Positions 51,214 to 60,578 of a DNA stretch of 64,000 bases are shown one piece after another. Numbering within the stretch: the first letter of the stretch is position 1; every line of letters begins with the position of its first letter. The DNA comes from an uncultured Blautia sp. Its GTDB lineage: Bacteria; Bacillota; Clostridia; Lachnospirales; Lachnospiraceae. The notes beneath the pieces are model-generated. The model saw nothing but the letters and a program-made list of their open reading frames with translations. It was not told the origin of the DNA and did not search any database. The stretch covers positions 127-64,126 of the forward strand of contig URXG01000005.1 in the NCBI GenBank assembly GCA_900551715.1, read 5' to 3'. The position numbers and the translations under genes are program-made.

Positions 51214-51927
51214 TTGGAACATACTCTTGCCCTGATCGGGCGTGCACACCAGGGAGATAAAGTGGCAAGAGACAAAGTATACGAAGAAAATATAGGACTG
51301 ATCTACAGTGTTGTAAAGAGATTTGCAGGAAGGGGTGTGGAAGTAGAAGATCTTTTTCAGATCGGAAGTATCGGGCTGCTGAAAGCAGTAGACAAGTTTG
51401 ATACTTCTTTTGAGGTAAAATTTTCCACTTATGCAGTCCCCATGATCATTGGTGAGATACGACGTTATCTCAGGGATACCGGGATCATAAAAGTAAGCAG
51501 ATCTCTGAAAGAAAGTCAGTACAGAGTATTTAAGATACGGGAAGATCTGGAAAAAAAGCTGGGAAGAGAGCCTTCTGTAACGGAGCTGGCAGAAGCGGCT
51601 GAAATCTCTCTGGAAGAGCTGAACATGGTGCTGGAAGCCGGAGCAGAAGTAGAATCTCTTCACAAAACAATCTATCAGGGAGAGGGAACAGAGCTCTCTC
51701 TGCTGGATAAAATTCCGGAAAAAGAGAACCGCCAGGAAAAACTGCTGGATAAGGTGCTTCTGGAAGAACTTCTGGGCAGGTTGGAAGCGGAAGAGCGCAA
51801 ACTGATCTACATGCGGTATTTTCAGGATATGACCCAGACGGAGATCGCCAGGCAGCTCCATATTTCCCAGGTACAGGTTTCCAGAATGGAAAAGAGGATC
51901 CTTAAGAAACTGAAAAAACTGTTGTAA
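51214..51927 (+). CDS. sigF: Sporulation sigma factor F
   Basis: DLFQIGSIGL, FSTYAVPMIIGEIRR, SQVQVSRME. Third gene of spoIIA. Confidence 0.92.
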   Translation: MEHTLALIGRAHQGDKVARDKVYEENIGLIYSVVKRFAGRGVEVEDLFQIGSIGLLKAVDKFDTSFEVKFSTYAVPMIIGEIRRYLRDTGIIKVSRSLKESQYRVFKIREDLEKKLGREPSVTELAEAAEISLEELNMVLEAGAEVESLHKTIYQGEGTELSLLDKIPEKENRQEKLLDKVLLEELLGRLEAEERKLIYMRYFQDMTQTEIARQLHISQVQVSRMEKRILKKLKKLL

Positions 51928-52019
51928 AATCAATTTAACAAGATAAACTAAAAATTTTAAGTTGGAAATCTATTTAAAGAGAGATATAATAATTATAAAA
52001 TACGAAAGGATGAAGAGTT

Positions 52020-52781
52020 ATGAAAAGGAAAAGAAAATTTTTATTAAGTTTTATGCTTTGTGTTATGGGTATTTTTGCCTTTGGTACTACTGCTTATGCA
52101 AAGGCACAGTTAGTAGAACTGAAAGTCAATAAAACTTATCGGACTGATGTAAATGGTGATGGCAAGAAAGATCGCTTAAAGATTGTTGAAAAAAATATCC
52201 AAAAAGATTACCCGGCACAATGCCACAGGATAATTTATATTAATGGGAAAAAAGTGAGGGATTTTCAATCTTATGGACATTCTCCGATTTATTTCTATAA
52301 AACAAGTACAGCTAATGAATATTTGATTGTTGGATCACACTGGAAGGGTGGATTTGATGATTATGTAGCGTACCATTGCAAAAAACAGTTAAAAAAAATC
52401 GGAAACTTTCCCAGCATTTACAGCAGTAGTAAATTGTCTCTTTCTGGAAACAACATTAAATTTACTACGTTAGAGAAAGGTTGTTATATTACAAGATATA
52501 GACCTGTTGTTCAGTTGAAGAATGGGCGGCTTTCCCTGGCAAGTAAATATGCCAAAGTTACAGGAAGAAAGAAAGTTACTTCTCAGACTTCTTTCAGAAC
52601 TTTTAGATCTGTAAACAGTACTGTAGAAGATGGATTTTGGGTTTTCAGAAATCAGGATATTACTATCACTAAAGTATATCTCAAAAAAAATGGTCAGTTC
52701 TATACGCCTTATTATCGTATATATACAGATGGAAAGTATGCATGGATGACTCATATGATTGGACATTACATCTATCAGTAA
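52020..52781 (+). CDS. Secreted basic hypothetical protein
   Basis: Sec signal (AYA cleavage) and a DVNGDGKKD DxDxDG-like motif. AT-rich coding sequence. Confidence 0.7.
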   Translation: MKRKRKFLLSFMLCVMGIFAFGTTAYAKAQLVELKVNKTYRTDVNGDGKKDRLKIVEKNIQKDYPAQCHRIIYINGKKVRDFQSYGHSPIYFYKTSTANEYLIVGSHWKGGFDDYVAYHCKKQLKKIGNFPSIYSSSKLSLSGNNIKFTTLEKGCYITRYRPVVQLKNGRLSLASKYAKVTGRKKVTSQTSFRTFRSVNSTVEDGFWVFRNQDITITKVYLKKNGQFYTPYYRIYTDGKYAWMTHMIGHYIYQ

Positions 52782-52847
52782 TAAAAAAAGGAAAGTGATT
52801 GGCTGTTTATATTCACAGCAGAGTGCTTGAAAATTGCAGAAAAACTC

Positions 52848-52876
52848 TTGAAATTCAGATATCAATGTGCTATACT
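52848..52876 (+). promoter_or_regulatory. sigma-A promoter of queT
   Basis: TTGAAA-N17-TATACT with TG extension. Confidence 0.75.
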
Positions 52877-52946
52877 CAACACCGTTGTAAAGCCCACAAA
52901 AACAAGGTCTTACAGGGCTTTCGCCGATTTCCGGCGTTAAATGAAT

Positions 52947-52990
52947 CGAGTGTTCGTGACCTTCCACTCGTAAAACAAAACTAAAGGAGA
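52947..52990 (+). ncRNA. preQ1 class I riboswitch
   Basis: Stem CGAGTG/CACTCG, loop TTCGTGACCTTC and A-rich tail TAAAACAAAACTAA running into the AGGAG RBS of queT. Confidence 0.8.
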
Positions 52991-52997
52991 ACTGAAT

Positions 52998-53498
52998 ATG
53001 AAAAACAAGAGTACTATGTTCCTTGTGCAGGCAGCGGCCATCGGAGCTATTTATGTAGTTCTGACTTTGTTGTTTGCACCGCTGAGTTACGGTGAAGTTC
53101 AGGTTCGCTTCTCTGAAGCATTGACCATTCTTCCCTACTTCACACCGGCTGCAATTCCCGGATTATTTGTAGGATGTATTCTGTCCAATCTTTTGGGTGG
53201 GGCTATTCCTGTAGATATCATTTTCGGAAGTATTGCTACTTTGATTGGTGCGATTTTTACTTACAAATTGCGTGGTAATAAGTGGCTGGCTCCAGTGCCT
53301 CCAATTGTTGCCAATATGATCATTGTTCCATTTGTCCTTTATTATGGGTATGGTGTCAATCTGCCAATCCCTCTGATGATGCTGACGGTAGGTGCCGGAG
53401 AGGTTATTTCCTGTGGGGTGTTTGGAATGATTATTCTTACTGCACTTTCAAAAACAGGAACAGCAATTTTTGGAAAAACAAATTACTCAAAATTATAA
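52998..53498 (+). CDS. queT: QueT queuosine-precursor transporter (ECF S-component)
   Basis: AIYVVLT...LSYGEVQVRFSEALTILP and the upstream preQ1 riboswitch. Confidence 0.92.
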   Translation: MKNKSTMFLVQAAAIGAIYVVLTLLFAPLSYGEVQVRFSEALTILPYFTPAAIPGLFVGCILSNLLGGAIPVDIIFGSIATLIGAIFTYKLRGNKWLAPVPPIVANMIIVPFVLYYGYGVNLPIPLMMLTVGAGEVISCGVFGMIILTALSKTGTAIFGKTNYSKL

Positions 53499-53500
53499 AA

Positions 53501-53541
53501 AAAACCGGAGATCTTTGGAAAAGCAGAGACTCCGGTTTTTT
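53501..53541. terminator. Intrinsic terminator
   Basis: AAAACCGGAG...CTCCGGTTTTTT. Confidence 0.75.
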
Positions 53542-53565
53542 ATATTAAAATTTATACGTAAGCTA

Positions 53566-53629
53566 TGTCGAAAAATGTCGAAAATATGTTTGGATAATCG
53601 TTGATGATGGAGAAAGGATGTTGTATAAT
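53566..53629 (+). promoter_or_regulatory. Tandem Spo0A boxes upstream of a sigma-A promoter
   Basis: TGTCGAA at 53566 and 53576; TTGATG-N17-TATAAT at 53601-53629. Confidence 0.6.
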
Positions 53630-53733
53630 ACAAAGAAGAACACAGAGGACTTAAATACAAGTTGAAATTGTATTTTTGAACCGGATTACTGTGTCAATGT
53701 AAACGGCAACATCACAACAGAGGTGTAAAGGGA

Positions 53734-53952
53734 ATGGATATACAGACAAGAGACAGAATCGTAGACAGTGTAAGAAAGATAGAAAGTCTGGCAGAAATTA
53801 TGGAATTATGCTTTGATCATATGACAGAGTATCCGGGTGCAGCATCTTTTCAGTATTGTCTTGAAGAGATCAGAACTGAAGCGGAGGGGATACGTACCAT
53901 GATCAGGAAGGCAGGAGAATCCGACACAGGCAGAGAAGATTCATCTGCCTGA
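53734..53952 (+). CDS. Small helical hypothetical protein
   Basis: 72-aa ORF with an upstream promoter and a hairpin at its stop. No recognisable family. Confidence 0.55.
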   Translation: MDIQTRDRIVDSVRKIESLAEIMELCFDHMTEYPGAASFQYCLEEIRTEAEGIRTMIRKAGESDTGREDSSA

Positions 53953-53967
53953 TATCAGTGTGTTCGC

Positions 53968-54300
53968 TTATTCTTTTATGCGTTTCTGACGTTCCAGCTC
54001 ATGAAGTGCTGCCAGAAGCACATCCAGTTCATCATCGGTACAGTCGGGAAGCATGGAATTGATCTGATGGATTTTCCGGGTCTGAGACTGTGCTGATTCC
54101 GGTATCAGGAGTGCATCCAGTGAGATGTGCAGGACAGATACCAGTGCGAACAGTACCTCCACAGAGGGTTTCCGGTGTTCACTTTCAATATGTTTCATAT
54201 GGGTAGGAGTGATCTGGACTGCTTCTGCCAGTTCTTCCTGAGTCATTTTACAATCCAGTCTTGCCTGACGAATAGTGTTTCCTAATAATCCCTGTTTCAT
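53968..54300 (-). CDS. XRE-family HTH regulator
   Basis: IRQARLDCKMTQEELAEAVQITPTHMKHIESEHRKPS. Confidence 0.88.
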   Translation of the reverse strand: MKQGLLGNTIRQARLDCKMTQEELAEAVQITPTHMKHIESEHRKPSVEVLFALVSVLHISLDALLIPESAQSQTRKIHQINSMLPDCTDDELDVLLAALHELERQKRIKE

Positions 54301-54417
54301 AAGTCTCTATCAGCTCCTTTTTCAATAGCATAAAGTTATTTCCTGTGATTGAAAATGAGCTAAAAGAGACTTATAATATTCCTTAAAGAGAACTGGCAGG
54401 AGAAAATGGAGAGTCAT

Positions 54418-54669
54418 ATGAAAAAAGAAAAAACAAACAGAATCCAGAGGGTATTGGGCCTTTATACCAAAATATTGAAAGGTATACTGATCACGAAAGC
54501 AGAAGAAGCAGAGCAATACGGAGTAGATGAACGGACCATCCAGAGGGACCTTGAGGATATCAGAGAGTTCCTGGAGTCTGAGGGTTGGAACAGTGACCGT
54601 AGCAGCACACTGATCTATGACTGCCTGCAGAGAGGATATCGTTTGAATCAGCTGTGTAAACGTAAATAA
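54418..54669 (+). CDS. Stand-alone winged HTH resembling the N-terminus of WYL regulators
   Basis: AEQYGVDERTIQRDLEDIREFL...YD...GYRL. The ORF stops before any WYL domain. Confidence 0.7.
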   Translation: MKKEKTNRIQRVLGLYTKILKGILITKAEEAEQYGVDERTIQRDLEDIREFLESEGWNSDRSSTLIYDCLQRGYRLNQLCKRK

Positions 54670-54725
54670 TTTCCGGGAGTCCACAGGGTCTTCTTTGTTT
54701 TGATCTGCTGTCTGTTAATGTCCTG

Positions 54726-55337
54726 TTACTTGTGAACAGGAAAGATATTTTCTGTAATAGTAGTATTTACATCATCTTCATATTTACGCATCTGTACCTG
54801 CATGGGTGTAGGATCTGCTGTGATCTTTCTGTGGCCGAAATGATTAAAGAAAAACAGGATACCCAGCCCCAGCCCGGCAGAATAGGCGATTTCCAGAGGA
54901 GTAAAGCCACTGGAGTTCTGCCCTGTTACCTGAAAATAAATCTGTTGGAAAAGTTTTTCTACATCCACATCTGCATTAAAAGTCATAATAGAGAAGGCTG
55001 CACCAAAAAAAGTAATAAGGCATACAAGAGCAATTTTCAACCAGCGGAATATCAGATTTTGTGAACCTGGTTTTTCATAAGTAAGAATAAAATCGGTCTC
55101 GCCTAAAGGGGTAACCGTAAGATCCGGTTCTTTCTGCTGGATTTTGTCAACCAGATCCATAACAGACATGACATATCTGCCGGGAGCATCCGGCTTCAGA
55201 TTGATCACAGGCATGACACGCAGTCTGTTCAGAATTTTGGAATCTGAGCAGGAAAGCCGGGCAATATCCTGAAGATAAATGTGTGGATGTTTTATCTGTA
55301 TATTGGCGTCTATCTGCATATACAAAACAGCATTCAT
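54726..55337 (-). CDS. spoVAA: Stage V sporulation protein AA
   Basis: IYLQDIA..., FFGAAFSIMTFNADV, FFNH...DPTPMQVQMRKYE. Confidence 0.85.
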   Translation of the reverse strand: MNAVLYMQIDANIQIKHPHIYLQDIARLSCSDSKILNRLRVMPVINLKPDAPGRYVMSVMDLVDKIQQKEPDLTVTPLGETDFILTYEKPGSQNLIFRWLKIALVCLITFFGAAFSIMTFNADVDVEKLFQQIYFQVTGQNSSGFTPLEIAYSAGLGLGILFFFNHFGHRKITADPTPMQVQMRKYEDDVNTTITENIFPVHK

Positions 55338-55386
55338 ACAAAGCTCCTTTCCGAAAAGCATTCAAAAGAAAATGTTCTTCTGAAAA

Positions 55387-55743
55387 TTATTTTTTCATCT
55401 GAGGTTTGAAGATCAGACTTGCAAGATAAGAGAAAATAAGTGCAGCAGATACGCCGGTGGCACAGGCAGTAAATCCTCCTGTAAAAAGGCCCAGAAAGCC
55501 ATCTTGGTCAATGGCTTTTTTTATACCTTTCCAGAGAACCTGCCCGAATCCAAGAAGTGGCACAGTAGCACCTGCACCTGCAAATTCTGAAATCGGTTCA
55601 TAAATCCCCAGAGCACTTAAGAATACACCGCCGGTAACGAGAAGTACCATGACCCTTCCCGGGAGAAGCTTTGTTTTGTCCAGAAGAATCTGTACAAGGG
55701 CACAGATAAGCCCGCCTATAATAAATGCACGAAAATAATCCAT
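55387..55743 (-). CDS. spoVAE: Stage V sporulation protein AE(b)
   Basis: AFIIGGLICALVQILLDKT, AGAGATVPLLGFG. Confidence 0.9.
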   Translation of the reverse strand: MDYFRAFIIGGLICALVQILLDKTKLLPGRVMVLLVTGGVFLSALGIYEPISEFAGAGATVPLLGFGQVLWKGIKKAIDQDGFLGLFTGGFTACATGVSAALIFSYLASLIFKPQMKK

Positions 55744-55764
55744 AAGAAACTCCTTTTGTGTATT

Positions 55765-56838
55765 TTATTGAGAAAGCAGGATCTGCTGGATCACCAGACC
55801 ATGGGCAATACCGGGAATGGATTCTCCTTCGTTATAACTGACTTTGGAAAGCATGGCTCCGGTAGGCACAAAAAGAACTTTTTTCCAGCTTCCGGTAAGG
55901 ATGCGGGGAAGAATACAGGCTGCAAGTACCGAGGCGGCACACCCACATCCGCTTCCGCCGGAATGAGTGTCCTGAGTTTCATTATTGTAGATCATAAGTC
56001 CACAGTCCTGATGAATCATTCGGATATGAAGGTCTTTTTCTGACAACAGATCGAAAAGAATCCGCTGACCAACCATGCCCAGGTCACCAGTGATCACTGC
56101 ATCGTAATCTGAAGGAACTGTCTGGAAATCCTGGAAATGCTGCCAGATGGTGTCACATGCAGCAGGAGCCATACATCCGCCCATATTCATGGAATCCCGG
56201 AAACCATAATCAATTACTTTTCCGGTGGTGATCCCGGTGATGGCTGCACAGCAGTTCTTTTTTCTCAGAGGAAAAAACTCAGAATTTTCTGGCTGTGGCG
56301 GTGCACTTCCGATCACAAAAGCCCCGCTTCCGGTAACAGTCCAGGTGGCAGACAGCGGTCGCTGGCTTCCATATCCCAACGGAAAACGAAATTCTTTTTC
56401 AGCAGTAGCAAAATGGCTAGAGGTAGCACAGAGAATATGCTCCCCATATCCGGCAGACACAGTGACTGCACCAAGAGACAGAGATTCACCTATGGTAGAA
56501 CAGGCACCATAAAGCCCATAAAAAGGACGACCAATTTCTGCAATTCCAAAAGAAGAAGCAATGGTCTGCGCCAGGAGATCTCCGGCAAAGATCATTCTGA
56601 TTTCAGAAGGGGTAAGTCCCGCTTTTTGGATGGCAAGAAGGGCTGCTTCTTTCTGCATGGTGCTTTCTGCATTTTCCCAGGTATCAGCACCAAATTTTGC
56701 ATCCTGACTGACCTGGTCAAAAAAGCCACCCAGTGGTCCGTTTCCTTCTTTTTCACCTACAATAGATGCTGCACTTTGTATAAAAACAGGTTCCGGAAAA
56801 GAGACACTTGCATTTCCCAAAGGTACACCTGACTTCAT
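55765..56838 (-). CDS. spoVAD: Stage V sporulation protein AD
   Basis: KEGNGPL, GLYGACST, SSHFATAEKEFRFP, SGGSGCGC. Confidence 0.93.
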   Translation of the reverse strand: MKSGVPLGNASVSFPEPVFIQSAASIVGEKEGNGPLGGFFDQVSQDAKFGADTWENAESTMQKEAALLAIQKAGLTPSEIRMIFAGDLLAQTIASSFGIAEIGRPFYGLYGACSTIGESLSLGAVTVSAGYGEHILCATSSHFATAEKEFRFPLGYGSQRPLSATWTVTGSGAFVIGSAPPQPENSEFFPLRKKNCCAAITGITTGKVIDYGFRDSMNMGGCMAPAACDTIWQHFQDFQTVPSDYDAVITGDLGMVGQRILFDLLSEKDLHIRMIHQDCGLMIYNNETQDTHSGGSGCGCAASVLAACILPRILTGSWKKVLFVPTGAMLSKVSYNEGESIPGIAHGLVIQQILLSQ

Positions 56839-57305
56839 CCGATCACCTCCAGTAATTTCAGAATATAATAGATTACGCCGGTACACCAGGAACTTAAGAT
56901 TCCATAGAGGATTACAGGACCTGCGATAGTAAAGATTTTACAGCCAATACCAAAAACCTGTCCTTCTGCCTGAAATTCAATGGCGGAAGCTGCCACAGAG
57001 TTGGCAAAGCCTGTAATGGGAACCAGTCCGCCTGCACCGCCAAACTTTCCGATACGAGGATAGAGGTTCAGCCCTGTTAGGATTACGCTGGACAGGATCA
57101 GTATCAGAGAGCACCAGTTTCCGGCAGCTTCTCTGTCAGCCCCCATTCCCATGGCACTGTTGAGGATCAGCTGACCTATAGTGCAGATAATGCCACCTGT
57201 CAGAAAGGCTTTTGCCATATTCAGGGGCAGACTGTGGGTAGGAGTGATTTTTTTTACATATTCCTGATATTTTTTTTGCTTTTGCTGTTGCGATTTTGTA
57301 GTCAT
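56835..57305 (-). CDS. spoVAC: Stage V sporulation protein AC
   Basis: AFLTGGIICTIGQ, VPITGFANS, IFTIAGPVILYG. Confidence 0.92.
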   Translation of the reverse strand: MTTKSQQQKQKKYQEYVKKITPTHSLPLNMAKAFLTGGIICTIGQLILNSAMGMGADREAAGNWCSLILILSSVILTGLNLYPRIGKFGGAGGLVPITGFANSVAASAIEFQAEGQVFGIGCKIFTIAGPVILYGILSSWCTGVIYYILKLLEVIG

Positions 57306-57404
57306 AAACAATCTCCTGATATAAAATGCAGAAATATGCAGATTTCTTTTGACTTTTGGCTTTTTTCTGCATATAATGTTGGTTAACGCTGTCACATCGG
57401 CAGT

Positions 57405-57821
57405 TCAGAGGGTGTTCCAGTAATAAAAAAGCAGAGAGCCGGTGCATTTTCCGGCTGCAATGGCAATGATAATGGCAGCAAAGCCTTCTGCAAGACGGAT
57501 TCTGCGGAAGAATACAGGAAATACATCTGCAACTTCTGCCAGAGCCAGGATCCAGCCACCTAAAAAGATCCCGGAAAATAATCCGTAGAGGATCAGAAAA
57601 AGAGATCCGGCAGGAAATGGAATATGAAACAGGTACATCAGGTTACCGGAGAATATTCCGACCAGTGTCATGTTTTCATAAAGAAGGATCTGATCAGCGG
57701 TGTGCGTGATCCCGGCATAGCGGGGAACAATAGAAAGACCGATCATAAGTCCCACAACGCCACCGGCAATGACGACGCCGGAGCAGAGCCCGACAAATCC
57801 CATAAAAATCTGCTGCCACAT
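57405..57821 (-). CDS. spoVAB: Stage V sporulation protein AB
   Basis: IVPRYAGITHT, GIFLGGWILALAEV..VFPVF.RR, GK..GSL. Confidence 0.85.
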   Translation of the reverse strand: MWQQIFMGFVGLCSGVVIAGGVVGLMIGLSIVPRYAGITHTADQILLYENMTLVGIFSGNLMYLFHIPFPAGSLFLILYGLFSGIFLGGWILALAEVADVFPVFFRRIRLAEGFAAIIIAIAAGKCTGSLLFYYWNTL

Positions 57822-57865
57822 AAGATACTCCTTTGAATCAGAAACAATGGTTGCTGTTCATAGAG

Positions 57866-57894
57866 TATTATGTCTGCTTTTCTGTAAAAAATAC
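57866..57894 (-). promoter_or_regulatory. sigG-type promoter of the spoVA cluster
   Basis: Minus strand GTATT-N17-CATAATA. Confidence 0.55.
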
Positions 57895-57993
57895 ATGAAT
57901 TCTAAAAAAACTATGAAAACCTGTACTTTTTCAGTGGCGGATAGTATAATAAAATGATGTAGTAAGTAGGATAGAGCATAAGGAGGTTTACGG

Positions 57994-58719
57994 ATGTATG
58001 ACGCATATTCCCGTATGGAAGTACTGCTTGGTAAAAAAGGCGTAAACTGCCTTGGCAGTGCCAAAATAGCTGTTTTTGGGCTCGGGGGAGCTGGTTCGTA
58101 TGTGGTAGAGGCCCTTGCGAGATGTGGTGTGGGTAGCCTGACTCTGGTGGATCCGGAGACTGTCTCGATGACGAATATCAATCGTCAGCTTTATGCCCTG
58201 CATACAACGGTAGGGCAGAAGAAGGTTCAGATTGCCAAAGAGCGCATACGGGATATAGATGAGGATATTCTGGTCCATACTTATGAAACTTTTTATAATA
58301 AAGATACTGCAGGGATGTTTGATCTCAGGTCTTATGATTATATTGTGGATGCCACAGATACCATAGATTCCAAGATCCTGCTGATAGAGATGGCTCACAG
58401 GGCAGGGGTTCCGGTAATTTCCTGCATGGCAACAGAAAATAAGATCAATCCATCCAGATTTGAGATTGCAGATATCTCCAAGATTGCCAAGAATCCCACA
58501 GTAAAGAGAATGCGTGCAGAGTTGCGCAAACAGGGGATTCGCAAAGTAAAAGTATTGTATTCCAGGGAGAAACCCAATAAGATACTTGAGCTGAAAAGAA
58601 GAAAAGAAGCGCAGGGTGAGAACGGAAGTATTTCTTTTGTTCCTGGTGTGGCAGGTCTTTTGATCGCCGGGGAAGTAGTACGGGACATCCTTCGCAAAAA
58701 CATCAAAAATATCAGATAA
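57994..58719 (+). CDS. ThiF/TcdA-family adenylyltransferase
   Basis: VFGLGGAGS, TNINRQ, YDYIVDATD, KVLYSRE, SISFVP. Confidence 0.85.
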   Translation: MYDAYSRMEVLLGKKGVNCLGSAKIAVFGLGGAGSYVVEALARCGVGSLTLVDPETVSMTNINRQLYALHTTVGQKKVQIAKERIRDIDEDILVHTYETFYNKDTAGMFDLRSYDYIVDATDTIDSKILLIEMAHRAGVPVISCMATENKINPSRFEIADISKIAKNPTVKRMRAELRKQGIRKVKVLYSREKPNKILELKRRKEAQGENGSISFVPGVAGLLIAGEVVRDILRKNIKNIR

Positions 58720-58756
58720 TCATAAAATATCAAATAGAAAGATAGAGGAAAAATCT

Positions 58757-59677
58757 TTGAACGAAGCAGTAAAACAGAAATTCTGCCAGGTTCTGGGAAA
58801 AGAACAGGTCTTGTTTGAAGAACCTATGAAATCCCATACTACATTCCGCATTGGCGGTCCGGCAGAAGTTTTTATCATGCCAAAATCAATAAAACAGGTT
58901 CAGATGGCAGTTAAGATATGTCAGGAAGAACAGATTCCTTATTTTATACTTGGAAACGGAAGTAATCTTCTTGTTAGCGACAGAGGATACCGGGGTGTGA
59001 TCATCCAGATGGACCGTAACATGGGCGAGATCCAGGTAGAGGGAACAGAAATCCAGGCAGCAGCAGGAGCACTTCTTTCTTCTATTGCTGTGGCAGCTAG
59101 AAGAGAGTCTCTTACGGGATTTGAGTTTGCAGGAGGTATTCCGGGCACTTTAGGAGGGGCTGTTGTTATGAATGCCGGTGCCTATGGTGGTGAAATAAAA
59201 GATGTTCTGAAAGAAGTTACTGTCATGGATGGTGACGGAAAGATCTTCACTCTTCCGGCGTCAGAACTGGAGATGGGATACCGTACCAGCATCATAAAGA
59301 CAGCCGGTTATCTGGTCCTTTCTGCAAGAATCACCCTTTCCAGAGGAAAAGAAGAAGATATCAAAGCCAGAACAAGAGAACTCAGTGAGATGCGTACACA
59401 GAAGCAGCCGCTGGATTATCCAAGTGCAGGCAGCACCTTCAAAAGACCAGAAGGGTATTTTGCAGGAAAGCTGATCATGGACAGCGGTCTCAGAGGATAT
59501 TCTGTAGGCGGTGCCATGGTTTCTGAGAAACACTGCGGATTTGTGATCAATAAAGGCAATGCCACAGCAGAGGATGTGGTAAGTCTTATGAAACATGTGA
59601 CGGAAGTGGTTCAGGAAAAATACGGTGTAACTCTGGAACCGGAAGTGAAATTCCTGGGAGAGTTTGACGGGAGATAA
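58757..59677 (+). CDS. murB: UDP-N-acetylmuramate dehydrogenase
   Basis: HTTFRIGGPA, GNGSN, GIPGTLGGAVVMNAGAYG, PSAGSTFKRP. Confidence 0.96.
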   Translation: MNEAVKQKFCQVLGKEQVLFEEPMKSHTTFRIGGPAEVFIMPKSIKQVQMAVKICQEEQIPYFILGNGSNLLVSDRGYRGVIIQMDRNMGEIQVEGTEIQAAAGALLSSIAVAARRESLTGFEFAGGIPGTLGGAVVMNAGAYGGEIKDVLKEVTVMDGDGKIFTLPASELEMGYRTSIIKTAGYLVLSARITLSRGKEEDIKARTRELSEMRTQKQPLDYPSAGSTFKRPEGYFAGKLIMDSGLRGYSVGGAMVSEKHCGFVINKGNATAEDVVSLMKHVTEVVQEKYGVTLEPEVKFLGEFDGR

Positions 59678-59679
59678 AG

Positions 59680-60558
59680 ATGCGTCTGGTAATTGTAACA
59701 GGACTGTCAGGAGCCGGTAAGTCTACAGCACTGAAGATGCTGGAAGACGACAGATATTTCTGTGTGGATAATCTGCCGGTTCCGCTGATGAACAAGTTTG
59801 TATCATTGATGACAGGTGCAAAAGAAGAAGAAATACAGAATGCAGCTATTGGCGTTGATGCCAGAAGTGGTCCTTCTCTGGAAGAACTTTCTGCTGTACT
59901 GGATCAGCTGAAGGCAGAAGGTCACAAGACAGAGATCCTTTTTCTGGATGCAGATGACAAAGTTCTGGTAAAAAGATACAAAGAAACAAGAAGAAGCCAT
60001 CCGCTGGCTATGAACGGAAGAGTGGATGATGGTATCCTGAAGGAACGTCAGATCATGAAGTTCCTGAAAGACCGGGCAGATTATATTATTGATACCACAC
60101 ATCTTCTTACAAGAGAACTGAAGAAAGAGATCGACAATATTTTTGTGGACAATGGAAGGTTCAGTAATATGATGATCTCAGTTTTGTCCTTTGGTTTCAA
60201 GTACGGAATTCCAGAAGACGCTGACCTTGTGTTTGATGTGAGATTTCTGCCTAATCCGTATTATGTGGATGAGCTGAGACCTCAGACTGGTATGGATGAG
60301 GGTGTTTTTCAATATGTAATGAATAATGATACAGCCAGAGAGTTTGCAACAAGGCTTGTGGATATGGTGGAATTTCTGATTCCCAACTACGCAAAAGAAG
60401 GCAAAACAAGCCTTGTGATCGGAATTGGCTGTACCGGCGGAAAGCATCGTTCTGTAACCCTTGCCAGAGTTCTCTACGAGAAACTTCTGGAAACAAGGGA
60501 ATATGGAGTGAGACTGGAACACAGGGATATCGGTAAGGATTCCGTTTACAGAAAATAA
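59680..60558 (+). CDS. rapZ: RapZ/YvcJ P-loop protein
   Basis: GLSGAGKS, SFGFKYG, DVRFLPNP, GCTGGKHRSV. Confidence 0.94.
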   Translation: MRLVIVTGLSGAGKSTALKMLEDDRYFCVDNLPVPLMNKFVSLMTGAKEEEIQNAAIGVDARSGPSLEELSAVLDQLKAEGHKTEILFLDADDKVLVKRYKETRRSHPLAMNGRVDDGILKERQIMKFLKDRADYIIDTTHLLTRELKKEIDNIFVDNGRFSNMMISVLSFGFKYGIPEDADLVFDVRFLPNPYYVDELRPQTGMDEGVFQYVMNNDTAREFATRLVDMVEFLIPNYAKEGKTSLVIGIGCTGGKHRSVTLARVLYEKLLETREYGVRLEHRDIGKDSVYRK

Positions 60559-60578
60559 CAGGAACAGGAGATTGGAAA

